Assembly (NCBI GenBank): GCA_039028615.1
Contig: JBCCHT010000060.1
Location: 1-58,729 of the forward strand
Direction of reading: 5' to 3'
DNA from: Myxococcota bacterium
Lineage (GTDB): Bacteria; Myxococcota_A; Polyangia; Nannocystales; Nannocystaceae
DNA: 58,729 bases
In this document: positions 37,986 through 47,063 of the stretch, in pieces
How the letters are laid out: every line of letters begins with the position of its first letter
Numbering within the stretch: position 1 is the stretch's first letter
The notes under the pieces: model-generated
Database searches by the model: none
Seen by the model: only the letters and a program-made list of their open reading frames with translations
Told to the model about the DNA's origin: nothing
Translations under genes and position numbers: made by a program

Positions 37986-39095
37986 CTAGCGGCGCTTGAG
38001 CAGCGGCGTGGGATCGACCGGTTTGTCGCCGAGGCGCAGTTCCAGATAGATCGTCGAGCCGAGCCCGTCGTCGACGACCTTGGGGGCCGTAAACGCGATG
38101 GTCTGCCCGGTCTCCACTTGCTCGCCTTCGGCCACGTTGGCCTTCCACAGCCGGCCGATCATCGACATGCGGCCCTCGCCGTGATCGATGACCACCACCT
38201 GCTCGAAGCCGGGCAGGCTCGCGACCATGACCACCTCGCCCGAGTCGGGGGCGCGGACGGCCTCGTCGCGTCGGGCCTTGAGCTCGATGCCGTTGCGCAT
38301 CATCGGGAGCTTGAGCACGGGGTCGGTGTATTCCCCGAAGGTTCCGACCACGCGCCCTCGTACGGGGCGAAGCAAGCGTCGCTCGCCTCGCTGGAGCTCG
38401 CGCAGCTCTTTGCCTTCGTTGCGAAGCTCCCGTAGCTGCTTGCGGACCGCCTTGTCGCGGGTCCGTGCGGGCGCACGCCGATACCAGCGCTTCGACTGCT
38501 TGTGAGCCCGGCCGAGCGCGGGAATGGTGGCCGTACGCGCCATGCCCACCAGGTCGCTCTGGACCGCGTGCACCGTGGCCAGCACCGACAGCGCCTGAAG
38601 CTGACGATGGGCCTGCAGAAGCTCGTCTTGGGCGCGTCGCTCCGAGCGCTGGTATGCAGCCAGCTCCTTCAGATCGCGCCGCACCATCCATCGCAGGTCT
38701 CGCCCGCGAGCCAGCCGCCGACTGCTGTCGGCCGTCTCGCCATCGCCCGCGTCCTCGAACACGAGACGCGCGATCCCTCCGCGCGATGCCTTGTACATGG
38801 CCCGCGCGCGCTGGCGCGCGAGATGTTGCCGGGCCTGTCGCTTGCCGCGGTAGGCATCGAGCAAGCGCAGGCTCTCGCGGCCGGCATGGTCGAGCAGCTC
38901 CGCGCTGTACTCCGCGCCGGTCTGCTCGTGCTCGAGGGTCGCCAAGGCCTGCTCGAGCGCCACCGCCTGGCGGGTGAGGCCGAGCTCGGCTTGCAGCACC
39001 TCGCCCAGCGAGGCCTTGCCGCCCTGCGCTTCGAAGGGAACCGCGACCAAGCCCAAGACCAGGGCGGCGCCGACGAGTGCTCGCGAGATCCTCAT
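37986..39095 (-). CDS. envC: Murein hydrolase activator EnvC-like (coiled coil plus degenerate M23/LytM domain)
   Basis: Downstream of ftsEX; signal peptide, coiled coil, RPVRGRVVGTFG, RNGIEL, VIDHG, IYLELR, PVDP; Zn-binding histidines are absent. Confidence 0.82.
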   Translation of the reverse strand: MRISRALVGAALVLGLVAVPFEAQGGKASLGEVLQAELGLTRQAVALEQALATLEHEQTGAEYSAELLDHAGRESLRLLDAYRGKRQARQHLARQRARAMYKASRGGIARLVFEDAGDGETADSSRRLARGRDLRWMVRRDLKELAAYQRSERRAQDELLQAHRQLQALSVLATVHAVQSDLVGMARTATIPALGRAHKQSKRWYRRAPARTRDKAVRKQLRELRNEGKELRELQRGERRLLRPVRGRVVGTFGEYTDPVLKLPMMRNGIELKARRDEAVRAPDSGEVVMVASLPGFEQVVVIDHGEGRMSMIGRLWKANVAEGEQVETGQTIAFTAPKVVDDGLGSTIYLELRLGDKPVDPTPLLKRR

Positions 39096-39102
39096 GAACT
39101 CT

Positions 39103-40005
39103 TTAGACCTCGGTGTAGCGAGCGACCGCGGCGCGTGAACCCAGCAGGCCGAGGATGGCTCCGAAGGCCACGCCGATGCCCAGCTCCATGGGGGTGAAAA
39201 AGTGCAGCGCGCCCGCGGCAAAGACCAGCGACAGCCCGCTCTCGAGGAACGGGTGCACCGCGTCGAAGCCGAGGTACAGCATGCCCAGGGCCAATGCCGC
39301 TCCGAGCCCGCCCTGCACCATACCCTCGAAGACGAAGGGTCCGTGCACGAAGCGTCGCGTGCCGCCGACCAACCGCAAGATCTGGATCTCGGCCCGCCGC
39401 GCGTAGACGCCGAGGCGGATCGTGCTCCACACGATCGCCATGCAGGCCAGGCTCACCAGGATGCCCGCGCCCAGGGCGAGATCGCCGAAGGTATGCACGA
39501 GGTCGTGCGCGCGACCAGCCCAGTCGCCGACCACCGCGACCTCGTCGATCACGGGCAGCGGCCCCAGACGCTCGGCGAGCGCGTGGGCAAAATCGGGGTC
39601 GGTACCCGGGGCCAGGTGGATCTCCAGCGACGCGGGCAGCACCGAGGGCTCGAGCCCGTCGAGCATCTGGCCGTCTTCGCCGAGCCCGGCCGAGAGCCGG
39701 TCCATGGCCATCTGCGGGCTCACCTGATCGATGGACTCGATCTCGGGCAGGGTCTGTAGGCGCTCCATCGCGGCGTCGACCTGCTCGGGCGGCGCGTCGT
39801 CGATGAGGTAGGCGGTGACGGGCACGTCGAGCCCCCACGCCTGGACCATGCCCTGCGCGTTGCTCCACGCCAGCATCACCACGCCCAGCAAGAGCATGCA
39901 GACGGCGATGGTGCTCACCGCGATGAGCTGCACGGCGGGCGCCTGCGCCATGCCTCGCATGCCGCGGCCCACCACGTAGACGAACGAGTAGAAGGGGCGG
40001 AGCAT
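39103..40005 (-). CDS. ftsX: Cell division permease FtsX
   Basis: Four TM helices, LPASLEI, TIRLGVYARRAEIQILRLVGGT..FVHGPFVFEG. Confidence 0.92.
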   Translation of the reverse strand: MLRPFYSFVYVVGRGMRGMAQAPAVQLIAVSTIAVCMLLLGVVMLAWSNAQGMVQAWGLDVPVTAYLIDDAPPEQVDAAMERLQTLPEIESIDQVSPQMAMDRLSAGLGEDGQMLDGLEPSVLPASLEIHLAPGTDPDFAHALAERLGPLPVIDEVAVVGDWAGRAHDLVHTFGDLALGAGILVSLACMAIVWSTIRLGVYARRAEIQILRLVGGTRRFVHGPFVFEGMVQGGLGAALALGMLYLGFDAVHPFLESGLSLVFAAGALHFFTPMELGIGVAFGAILGLLGSRAAVARYTEV

Positions 40006-40763
40006 CAGGCCACCGCCTCGGCGGCGACCGGCCACGAGGCGGGCAGGATCTCCGGCACCTCTTCTTCCTCGATGGCGGCCTCGTCGTCGGACAGCGACAC
40101 GAGACGGCCATGCTCGAGGTGGATCTGCTGGCTCAGCGGCGCCCGGTCGAGCACCAGGGGATCGTGGGTCGCCACCAGTACCGTGGTGCCGCGCTCGCGA
40201 ATGGCCTGGAGCAGCTCGATGATCTCGTAGCTGAGGCGCCGATCGAGGTTTCCGGTGGGCTCGTCCGCGAGCAGGATCGGGGGGTCCCCCGCCACCGCGC
40301 GGGCAATGGCCACACGCTGCTGCTCACCGCCCGACAAACACCGCGCGGGGCGACGCAGACCGGGATCGAGCTCCACCCGGGCCAGAGCCGAAGCCGCCCG
40401 CTCGCGAACCTCGCGACGGGGCATGCCGAGCACCTGCAGCGCCAGCGCGACGTTCTCCATCGGCGTGGCATCGAGCAGGAGCTTGAAGTCTTGGAACACC
40501 ACGCCGACATTGCGGCGCAGGTAGGGGATGCTGGCCTTGCGCAGGCGGTGGATGTCTCGCCCCGCCACGCGGATCGTGCCTTCGTCGGGGCGCTCCATCG
40601 CCAATACGAGCTTGAGCAAGGTGCTCTTGCCCGCCCCCGAAGGACCCAGCAGCACCGAGAACGCGCCCTCTTCGACGGCGAAGGTCACCCCTCGCACTGC
40701 GGTACGGCCCCGCGTTCCGCGGCCGTAGGTCATCGTGACATTGTTGAGCTCGATGATGGCCAT
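40005..40763 (-). CDS. ftsE: Cell division ATP-binding protein FtsE
   Basis: GPSGAGKST, IPYLRRNVGVVFQDFKLL, LSGGEQQRVAIARA, LADEPTGNLD. TGATG coupling to ftsX. Confidence 0.93.
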   Translation of the reverse strand: MAIIELNNVTMTYGRGTRGRTAVRGVTFAVEEGAFSVLLGPSGAGKSTLLKLVLAMERPDEGTIRVAGRDIHRLRKASIPYLRRNVGVVFQDFKLLLDATPMENVALALQVLGMPRREVRERAASALARVELDPGLRRPARCLSGGEQQRVAIARAVAGDPPILLADEPTGNLDRRLSYEIIELLQAIRERGTTVLVATHDPLVLDRAPLSQQIHLEHGRLVSLSDDEAAIEEEEVPEILPASWPVAAEAVA

Positions 40764-41099
40764 GGGTGCCCTCATTGACCTTCCAAGCACGTCGGCGGAG
40801 CACAGGTCCAAAAATCGGCGAAAGCGCGGCCCCGCAGCCCGGCCCCGAGGTGAACCCGGGGATGGCTCGGCGCTCGTCGAGCGAAAATGCTCCAGGAGCC
40901 GTCTGCAGTTCGGACGAGCGGGGGCGGCTCGCGCCAGATCCGCGGCTCGACAGCCCGGCAGCGGCCGGTCATGGGTCGTGACAAAACGTCATCCGCATTG
41001 GGCCGCCCTCGAGCCGACCCCGCCCTAAGTGCTCCGATCTCCACGATCGATCCGAATTCGCGGGAACAGGCACGAAGCTTGCGAGTTGTTGGGGCGACC

Positions 41100-42389
41100 A
41101 TGACTGACGCCGCCACGCCTCGACGCGCTCGCCGGATGCCTCCGGCGCCTCGCGCGCGCGTGGCCCCGGCGTCCAGCACTCCGACCACGACCAGTCCGGC
41201 GCCCGTGGCCGAGGTCGCGCCGTCCCCAGCGTCGCGACCCCGGCTCGGGCCGAGCGCCGAGGATGCCGGGCCTCTGCCCGCCTCCATCGGCCGCTACCAG
41301 GTGCTCAGCTCGCTCGGAGCCGGCGGCGTCGGTGTGGTGTACGAGGCCCGCGACGAGGACCTCGGTCGCTCGGTCGCCATCAAGGTCTTGCGCGACGCAT
41401 CGGCCGACAACGTCGCCCGCTTCCGTCGCGAGGCGCGGTCGATGAGCCGCGTCAATCACCCCAACGTCGCCACCGTGTACGAGGTCGGCGAGACCGAGGG
41501 ACAGAGCTACATCGCGATGGAGCTGGTCCGCGGCAAGACCCTGCGCGACTGGCTGCTCACGCGCCCCGCCTGGACCGAGGTCCTGGCCATGGTGCAGCAG
41601 GCAGGCGAGGGGCTCGTGGCGGCCCACGCAGCCGGCCTCATCCACCGCGACTTCAAGCCCGACAACATGCTCGTCGGCGACGACGGCCGCGTGCGCGTGG
41701 TCGACTTCGGCCTCGCCAAGCATCGCTCCGAGCTGTCCAAGAGCGGCGTCTTCGATCGGCAGGCCCTCGCCCGCGAGCTCGCCGACAGCCGCATCACTCG
41801 TACCGACTCGCTCCTGGGCACCCCCGCCTATATGGCGCCCGAGCAGTTCCGCGGCGAAGGGGATGCCCGCTCCGACCAGTTCGCCCTGAGCGTCGTCCTG
41901 TACGAGGCCCTCTACGGCGTGCTGCCCTTCCCGGGCGAGACGGCCGAAGACCTGTTCCTCGCCACCACCCGCGGCCGCATGCGTCCCTGGCCGCGCCGCA
42001 ACGACCTTCCCATCGGGCTGCGGACCGTGCTGCGACGCGGCCTGAGCACCCGAGCCGCCGATCGCTTCGAGTCCATGGAAGCCCTGTTGCAGGCGCTGAC
42101 CCGGGCCATCACCGAAGGTGCCCCCCGTCGCGAGCCCCGGACCAAGGGTCTGCGGAGCTGGCGATGGCGCATCGTGGGGGCGGCCACCGGACTGCTGCTC
42201 GCTGCGGGTGATGCCATGCTCGGCTCCTCCGACGACGCGGTCGAGACCGCGGCCACCCAGGTCGAAGCTACCGAAGCCGCAGCCCCCGTCGCCTCGCCGA
42301 CCAAGCCCGAGGCACGAGACGAAATCGTTCCCGCCCGCACGGTCAAGCGCGAGCGAGCGCGTCGTTTCGTCCGGCCGGCCCAAAGCTGA
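41100..42389 (+). CDS. Ser/Thr protein kinase with C-terminal TM helix
   Basis: LGAGGVGVVY, VAIK, HRDFKPDN, DFGLA, GTPAYMAPE, DQF. Start position uncertain. Confidence 0.9.
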   Translation: MTDAATPRRARRMPPAPRARVAPASSTPTTTSPAPVAEVAPSPASRPRLGPSAEDAGPLPASIGRYQVLSSLGAGGVGVVYEARDEDLGRSVAIKVLRDASADNVARFRREARSMSRVNHPNVATVYEVGETEGQSYIAMELVRGKTLRDWLLTRPAWTEVLAMVQQAGEGLVAAHAAGLIHRDFKPDNMLVGDDGRVRVVDFGLAKHRSELSKSGVFDRQALARELADSRITRTDSLLGTPAYMAPEQFRGEGDARSDQFALSVVLYEALYGVLPFPGETAEDLFLATTRGRMRPWPRRNDLPIGLRTVLRRGLSTRAADRFESMEALLQALTRAITEGAPRREPRTKGLRSWRWRIVGAATGLLLAAGDAMLGSSDDAVETAATQVEATEAAAPVASPTKPEARDEIVPARTVKRERARRFVRPAQS

Positions 42390-42544
42390 CAGCGGCTCGA
42401 ATCGGTCCGGCCGCGCATTAGGCCTCGCTCTGGAGCGACGCGCAGGCCCGGCTCGTGATCGCAGCCGTCGTCCGTGGCTGACGACGCAACACCGTATGGG
42501 GACGCTTTGCGTTCACGCGATGAAGCGCTTGCTACCGTTTCGGC

Positions 42545-44143
42545 GTGCGCCTGGTCCGAGTGGTTCCATCGGCATGGCAATTCGTCCGGCTGACCGGGGC
42601 GGCCGTGGCCGTTGCCCTCCTCCCCCAGGGCGCGATTGCTGCGACGACCACGTCAACGTCGAACGCGGCGACGCAACGGGTCGGTTCGGCGATCGATGCC
42701 CCCGAGGTCGAAGGGCAGCCGCAGATCCCCAGAGAGTCCGCCCCGCTCGAGCCCGATCCCGACAACATCGTCCCGCCGCCGACACCCGAGGAAATCCGCG
42801 AAGCCGAGGTTCGAGCGCTGCGTCGCGAAGTCGAGCAGCTCAACGAGCGCCTCGATGCGGTGGAACGACAACGTGCCGCGCAGGAGCAACGCGAAGAGCA
42901 GCACGACCGCAAGCACGCGAATTTGTATCGGCGCGACGATGCCGACCGACGCGAGCAGGAGCGCGACGACCAGCGGGCTCGCCAGGAGCGTCTCGAGCTG
43001 CGTCGTCGCCTCGAGCTGGGCGATCGCTTCCGCCTCGTCGCCGACTTTCGCTACCGCTTCGAACACGACTGGAACTCGCGCTTCGACGACGGCACCTATC
43101 GACTCGACCGCTTCCGCATGCGCTACCGGCTGCGGCTGGGATTCGTCGCCAACGTCACCCGCAACATCTCGTTCGGCGCCGTCGCCCGCACGGGCGTGCC
43201 GAGCAACCTGCAGTCACCCCACGTCAACGTCGGCTACAACGGCTTCGGTGCCGCGCCCTTCAACCTCGGCCGCGCCTACGTGCGAGGCGACTACAAGTAC
43301 CTGTGGTGGTGGCTGGGCAAGAACCGTAATCCATTCTGGCGGCAGAACGAGCTGTTCTGGGACGACGACGTCACCCCCGAGGGCATCGCCGTCGGCGGCA
43401 CGATCCCGCTGCACTCCGCCATCGACTTCAACCCCACCGTCGCCTACTTCGTCCCCAACCACGAGCAGGTCCTCGAGTACCCCGACGCCCACATGGTGGG
43501 GGGGCAGCTCGCGTTCGTGGTCCGGGCGGGCGAGCTGGTCACCCTCGACGTAGCCAGCTCGGCGATGCACATGCACCAGCTCTTCTTGGTGCCGCAGCAC
43601 CTCGGGCGCGAGCTGTGGGACCAGGGCGGCCCCATCGGAGCGCGCCGCGACTACACCTTCATCGTCAGCGGCATCCGAGCCACGGTGGCCACGGGGACCT
43701 TGCGCTACGCCCTGCCCTTTTCGATCGGCCTCGATCACTCGGTGAACGTCCAGGACTACACCAACGACGACACCGTGTTCGACCACCACCGCGACCAGAA
43801 GCACATGGTCGTCGCCCAGGCGAGGTTCGGGCACGCCACGCGGACCGGCGCCGGCTCGAGCCGCGGCGACTGGTACGTCGGCTACACCTACGCCCGCAAA
43901 CAAGAGCTGTCGGTCGTCAGCTACTACACCGAGGACGACTGGGTGCGGTGGGGCAACATCCACGGCAACCGCAACACGGGCTACCAAGGGCACGAGATTC
44001 GGGCCGCCTTCGCGGTGGGGCCGCACGTGGACTTGCTGGCGCGGCTCTACCTCGTCGAAGCGCTGCTGCCACGGCTGCAAAACGACGCCATCGCGCGGGA
44101 AAACGGCAACCGCGTGCGCGTGGAAGTCAACGTGCACTTTTAG
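42545..44143 (+). CDS. Putative outer-membrane porin with N-terminal coiled coil
   Basis: Signal peptide, coiled coil, DFRYRFE...RFRMRYRLRLG, LFWDDDVTPEG, C-terminal RVEVNVHF. Confidence 0.8.
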   Translation: MRLVRVVPSAWQFVRLTGAAVAVALLPQGAIAATTTSTSNAATQRVGSAIDAPEVEGQPQIPRESAPLEPDPDNIVPPPTPEEIREAEVRALRREVEQLNERLDAVERQRAAQEQREEQHDRKHANLYRRDDADRREQERDDQRARQERLELRRRLELGDRFRLVADFRYRFEHDWNSRFDDGTYRLDRFRMRYRLRLGFVANVTRNISFGAVARTGVPSNLQSPHVNVGYNGFGAAPFNLGRAYVRGDYKYLWWWLGKNRNPFWRQNELFWDDDVTPEGIAVGGTIPLHSAIDFNPTVAYFVPNHEQVLEYPDAHMVGGQLAFVVRAGELVTLDVASSAMHMHQLFLVPQHLGRELWDQGGPIGARRDYTFIVSGIRATVATGTLRYALPFSIGLDHSVNVQDYTNDDTVFDHHRDQKHMVVAQARFGHATRTGAGSSRGDWYVGYTYARKQELSVVSYYTEDDWVRWGNIHGNRNTGYQGHEIRAAFAVGPHVDLLARLYLVEALLPRLQNDAIARENGNRVRVEVNVHF

Positions 44144-44158
44144 CCGCCGACGGTCGGC

Positions 44159-44194
44159 GCGGGCCTGCCCCGAAGGGCACGGCCGCACTTTTTT
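44159..44194 (+). terminator. Rho-independent terminator-like hairpin
   Basis: GC-rich stem TGCCC-CGAA-GGGCA with extended GGCC/GGCC pairing, followed by ACTTTTTT, 15 bp after the porin stop. Confidence 0.6.
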
Positions 44195-44201
44195 CGACAA
44201 C

Positions 44202-44230
44202 CCGAGGATCGATTCGGCTGGCGCGGCGAC
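44202..44230 (+). promoter_or_regulatory. Conserved upstream motif CCGAGGATCGAT-N9-GCGGCGAC (copy 1)
   Basis: Identical motif, spacing and 10-nt distance to ATG as the copy at 47025-47053. Confidence 0.6.
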
Positions 44231-44240
44231 ATCCCGCCAT

Positions 44241-45599
44241 ATGAGCCGCTACGCGCTGCCGCTGCTGCTGTGCCTGGGCTGCGCGTGTGGCCCCGATCTC
44301 GCCCCGATGGACGCCCAAGAGGGCTCGGGGGAGGGCTCGGGCGCCTCGACCGACGACGGAGCCGAAGGCGACACCACCACGGGAGACGGTGCCGACGGCA
44401 GCTCCACGGGCGAGTTTCCCGACCACTGCGCCAACCTCGATCCCGCTGCTGGCGACATCTGCTACGTCGAGCACCTCATCGACGTCCCCGGCGACCTCTC
44501 GGCCCTGAGCGATCAGAACTCCGACGGGCTCCTCGACCTCGTCGTCGCGCAGGGCCTCGACTGCTGCGGTGACCGCGAGGAGCCCACGGGGCTGTGGCTG
44601 CTCACGGGGACCGACGAGGGCCTGTTCGGTACCCCCCAGCTGCTGTTCGAGACCACCGATACCTTCGATGCCCTCATCCCCATGGGCCCGGGGCCCGACG
44701 GGCAGCCCCGGGTGCTGACCGCTCGCGTCGACGAAGTCAGCTTTCTCTCCGAGTCGGTCCGCGCCACCGTCGTGGGGCAACAGTTCATCGACGTGGCCCT
44801 GCCGATCCCGAGCTTTTTCCCCAACGAAGGTCGTGCCGCCGATCTCGATGGCGACGGCATTCTCGACTTCGTCGTCAGCCGGGGCGGCGAGATCACCTTC
44901 GCCCTGAGCCAGCCCCAGGGAACCTTCGGTGTCATCGAGTACGACATGGACCTGCCCGGGTTTCTCTCGTTGATGGTCGCCGACGACGATGGGGACGGCG
45001 TCGACGATCTGCTGGTGATGGGCGACGGCTCCTCCTACTCACCGCGCGGAGGCTTCGTCGGCGACTGGTCCCATACCCGCCCGGGCCCCGTGCCCGGCTC
45101 CATCCCCGAGGCCGACCAGTGGACGATGGACATCGGCACGCACCTGCTGACGGACGACTGTCGACTGCTCGACCTCGATGACGACGGACACCTCGACCTG
45201 TGGGCGAGGCACTTCGACTTCGATCCGGTCGCCATGGCGACCGAGCAAGACCGACTGGTGATCGCGCGCGGCACCCACGACGGCTTTGCCCCCCAAGTCG
45301 AGACCTTGCTCGACGGCCCCGCGAGCGCCATGGAGCCCCTGCTCGCGCCGCTCGACGGCCCGGCCCGTGCCGCCGTGCACATCCAGGGCGAACCCGAGCT
45401 GATGCTCATGACCCTGTCCGAGTCCTTGGAGTTCGAGCCCACCGCTCGCCTCGCGCTCACGCACCCTCCCGGCGTTCGGCAGTTCTCGAGCGTCCTGCAT
45501 GCGGCCGATCTCAACGCCGACGGATACAGCGACTTCGTGATCCTCGTGGAGACCGAGTCCGAGTTCGACGGCGTGGCCGTGCTGCTGTCTCAGCCCTGA
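44241..45599 (+). CDS. FG-GAP/VCBS repeat lipoprotein (paralog 1)
   Basis: GCAC lipobox, acidic linker, repeated DLDGDGxxD motifs. Confidence 0.85.
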   Translation: MSRYALPLLLCLGCACGPDLAPMDAQEGSGEGSGASTDDGAEGDTTTGDGADGSSTGEFPDHCANLDPAAGDICYVEHLIDVPGDLSALSDQNSDGLLDLVVAQGLDCCGDREEPTGLWLLTGTDEGLFGTPQLLFETTDTFDALIPMGPGPDGQPRVLTARVDEVSFLSESVRATVVGQQFIDVALPIPSFFPNEGRAADLDGDGILDFVVSRGGEITFALSQPQGTFGVIEYDMDLPGFLSLMVADDDGDGVDDLLVMGDGSSYSPRGGFVGDWSHTRPGPVPGSIPEADQWTMDIGTHLLTDDCRLLDLDDDGHLDLWARHFDFDPVAMATEQDRLVIARGTHDGFAPQVETLLDGPASAMEPLLAPLDGPARAAVHIQGEPELMLMTLSESLEFEPTARLALTHPPGVRQFSSVLHAADLNADGYSDFVILVETESEFDGVAVLLSQP

Positions 45600-45612
45600 G
45601 GCGAGGATCGAC

Positions 45613-47013
45613 ATGAAGCTTCGTGCACTTGCCATACTGTTGCCGCTCGGCACCGCCTGTGGCCCGAGTACCGCCCCCGAAGGCTCTGCCGAAGGCTCCA
45701 CCGGGGAGCTCGGCGACGACAGCTCGGGCGCGCCTGGGGCAGACACGACCGGAGACGAGGCCGACGCGGACTCGGGCTCCGACGACGGCTCCACGGGCGA
45801 GCCGCCGCTGCCTTGTGCCAACCTCGATCCCGCGCCCGGAGATACCTGTTACGTCGAGCACCTCATCGAGATGCGGGTGGAGATCGCGGCGTTGAGCGAT
45901 CAGAACGGGGACGGCCGGCTCGATCTGCTGCTCGCCCAGGGCTTCCGCTGCTGTGAAGAAGATGAGGACGAGCCCGAGCCGACCGGTTTGTGGCTCCTGC
46001 CGGGCAACGACGACGGGTCCCTCGGCGAGCCTCAGCTGCTCTTCGAGACGCCCGATCACTTCGAGTGGCTGCGTCCCATGGGCCCCGGTCCCGACGGGAT
46101 TCCGAGGGTCATGACTCGCCGTCGCGTGGACGTCGGCTTTCTCGTCGTGCACGAGTACGCCGTGCTCGCGGGGGAGCAATTCATCGAGGAGCCCTTGCCC
46201 CTGCCGCTTTTGGGTGACAACGAAGTCGGCGTCGCCGATCTCGATGGCGACGGGGTCCTCGATCTCGCAGCGATGGACGGCGACGCCTACTTCGCCCTGA
46301 GTGGACCGCAGGGGAGCTTTCAGATCACCCAGCACGAAATGGGGCAGGGGAGCTTCCTGACCGTGCTCGTCGGCGACGACGACGACGACGGCGTGGACGA
46401 CATGCTGCTCGTCGACGACGACCCACGCTATCCCGGACGCCCGTTCCCCAGCGACTTCATCGGGCAGTGGTCCCACACCCAGCCGGGGCCCGAGCCGACC
46501 CTCGTACCCGGCCCGGCCAACTGGACCCTGTCCGTCGGGGCCAACCTGCGACTGGGCGGAGCGAGGCTGCTCGACCTAGACGGCGACGGCCGTCTCGACC
46601 TGTGGACCCGGCATCGCGAGTACGTCCCGAGTGCCAACAGCTCCGTCCAGCGCCAGCTCGTGGTGGCTCTGGGCACCGAAGACGGGTTTGCCCCGCAGGT
46701 CGATACCGATCTCGAGACCACCGTGCTGACCATGGAGCCCCTACTCGCGCCGCTCGACGGCTCCTTGCGTGCCGTCGTCCATGTCGTCGACCACCCCGAC
46801 GAGCTGTGGCTCATGATGCTGTCTGACTCGCTCGAATTCGGCATCGGGACACGACTGGGGCTGAGCTACCCGACCCCGGACAACTCGAGCGACATCGTCG
46901 TGCACGTGGGTGACCTCAATGGCGATGGCCACTCCGACTTCGTCACCCGCGTCGGCAGTGATCCCCAGCGCACGGGTGCCGCCGTGCTGCTGTCGCGACC
47001 CGAATCGCCCTGA
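45613..47013 (+). CDS. FG-GAP/VCBS repeat lipoprotein (paralog 2)
   Basis: GTAC lipobox; shares CANLDP..GD.CYVEHLI, PMGPGPDG.PR, WSHT.PGP and GFAPQV with its neighbours. Confidence 0.85.
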   Translation: MKLRALAILLPLGTACGPSTAPEGSAEGSTGELGDDSSGAPGADTTGDEADADSGSDDGSTGEPPLPCANLDPAPGDTCYVEHLIEMRVEIAALSDQNGDGRLDLLLAQGFRCCEEDEDEPEPTGLWLLPGNDDGSLGEPQLLFETPDHFEWLRPMGPGPDGIPRVMTRRRVDVGFLVVHEYAVLAGEQFIEEPLPLPLLGDNEVGVADLDGDGVLDLAAMDGDAYFALSGPQGSFQITQHEMGQGSFLTVLVGDDDDDGVDDMLLVDDDPRYPGRPFPSDFIGQWSHTQPGPEPTLVPGPANWTLSVGANLRLGGARLLDLDGDGRLDLWTRHREYVPSANSSVQRQLVVALGTEDGFAPQVDTDLETTVLTMEPLLAPLDGSLRAVVHVVDHPDELWLMMLSDSLEFGIGTRLGLSYPTPDNSSDIVVHVGDLNGDGHSDFVTRVGSDPQRTGAAVLLSRPESP

Positions 47014-47024
47014 GCCGACGAATT

Positions 47025-47053
47025 CCGAGGATCGATCCGCGCCGAGCGGCGAC
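47025..47053 (+). promoter_or_regulatory. Conserved upstream motif CCGAGGATCGAT-N9-GCGGCGAC (copy 2)
   Basis: Matches the copy at 44202-44230; 10 nt before ATG 47064. Confidence 0.6.
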
Positions 47054-47063
47054 CACTCGAACG

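Noticed and set aside
37986..39095. Active M23 endopeptidase
   Set aside because: The HxxxD and HxH zinc ligands are replaced (RNGIE, IYL), and the ftsEX context indicates a non-catalytic EnvC-type activator.
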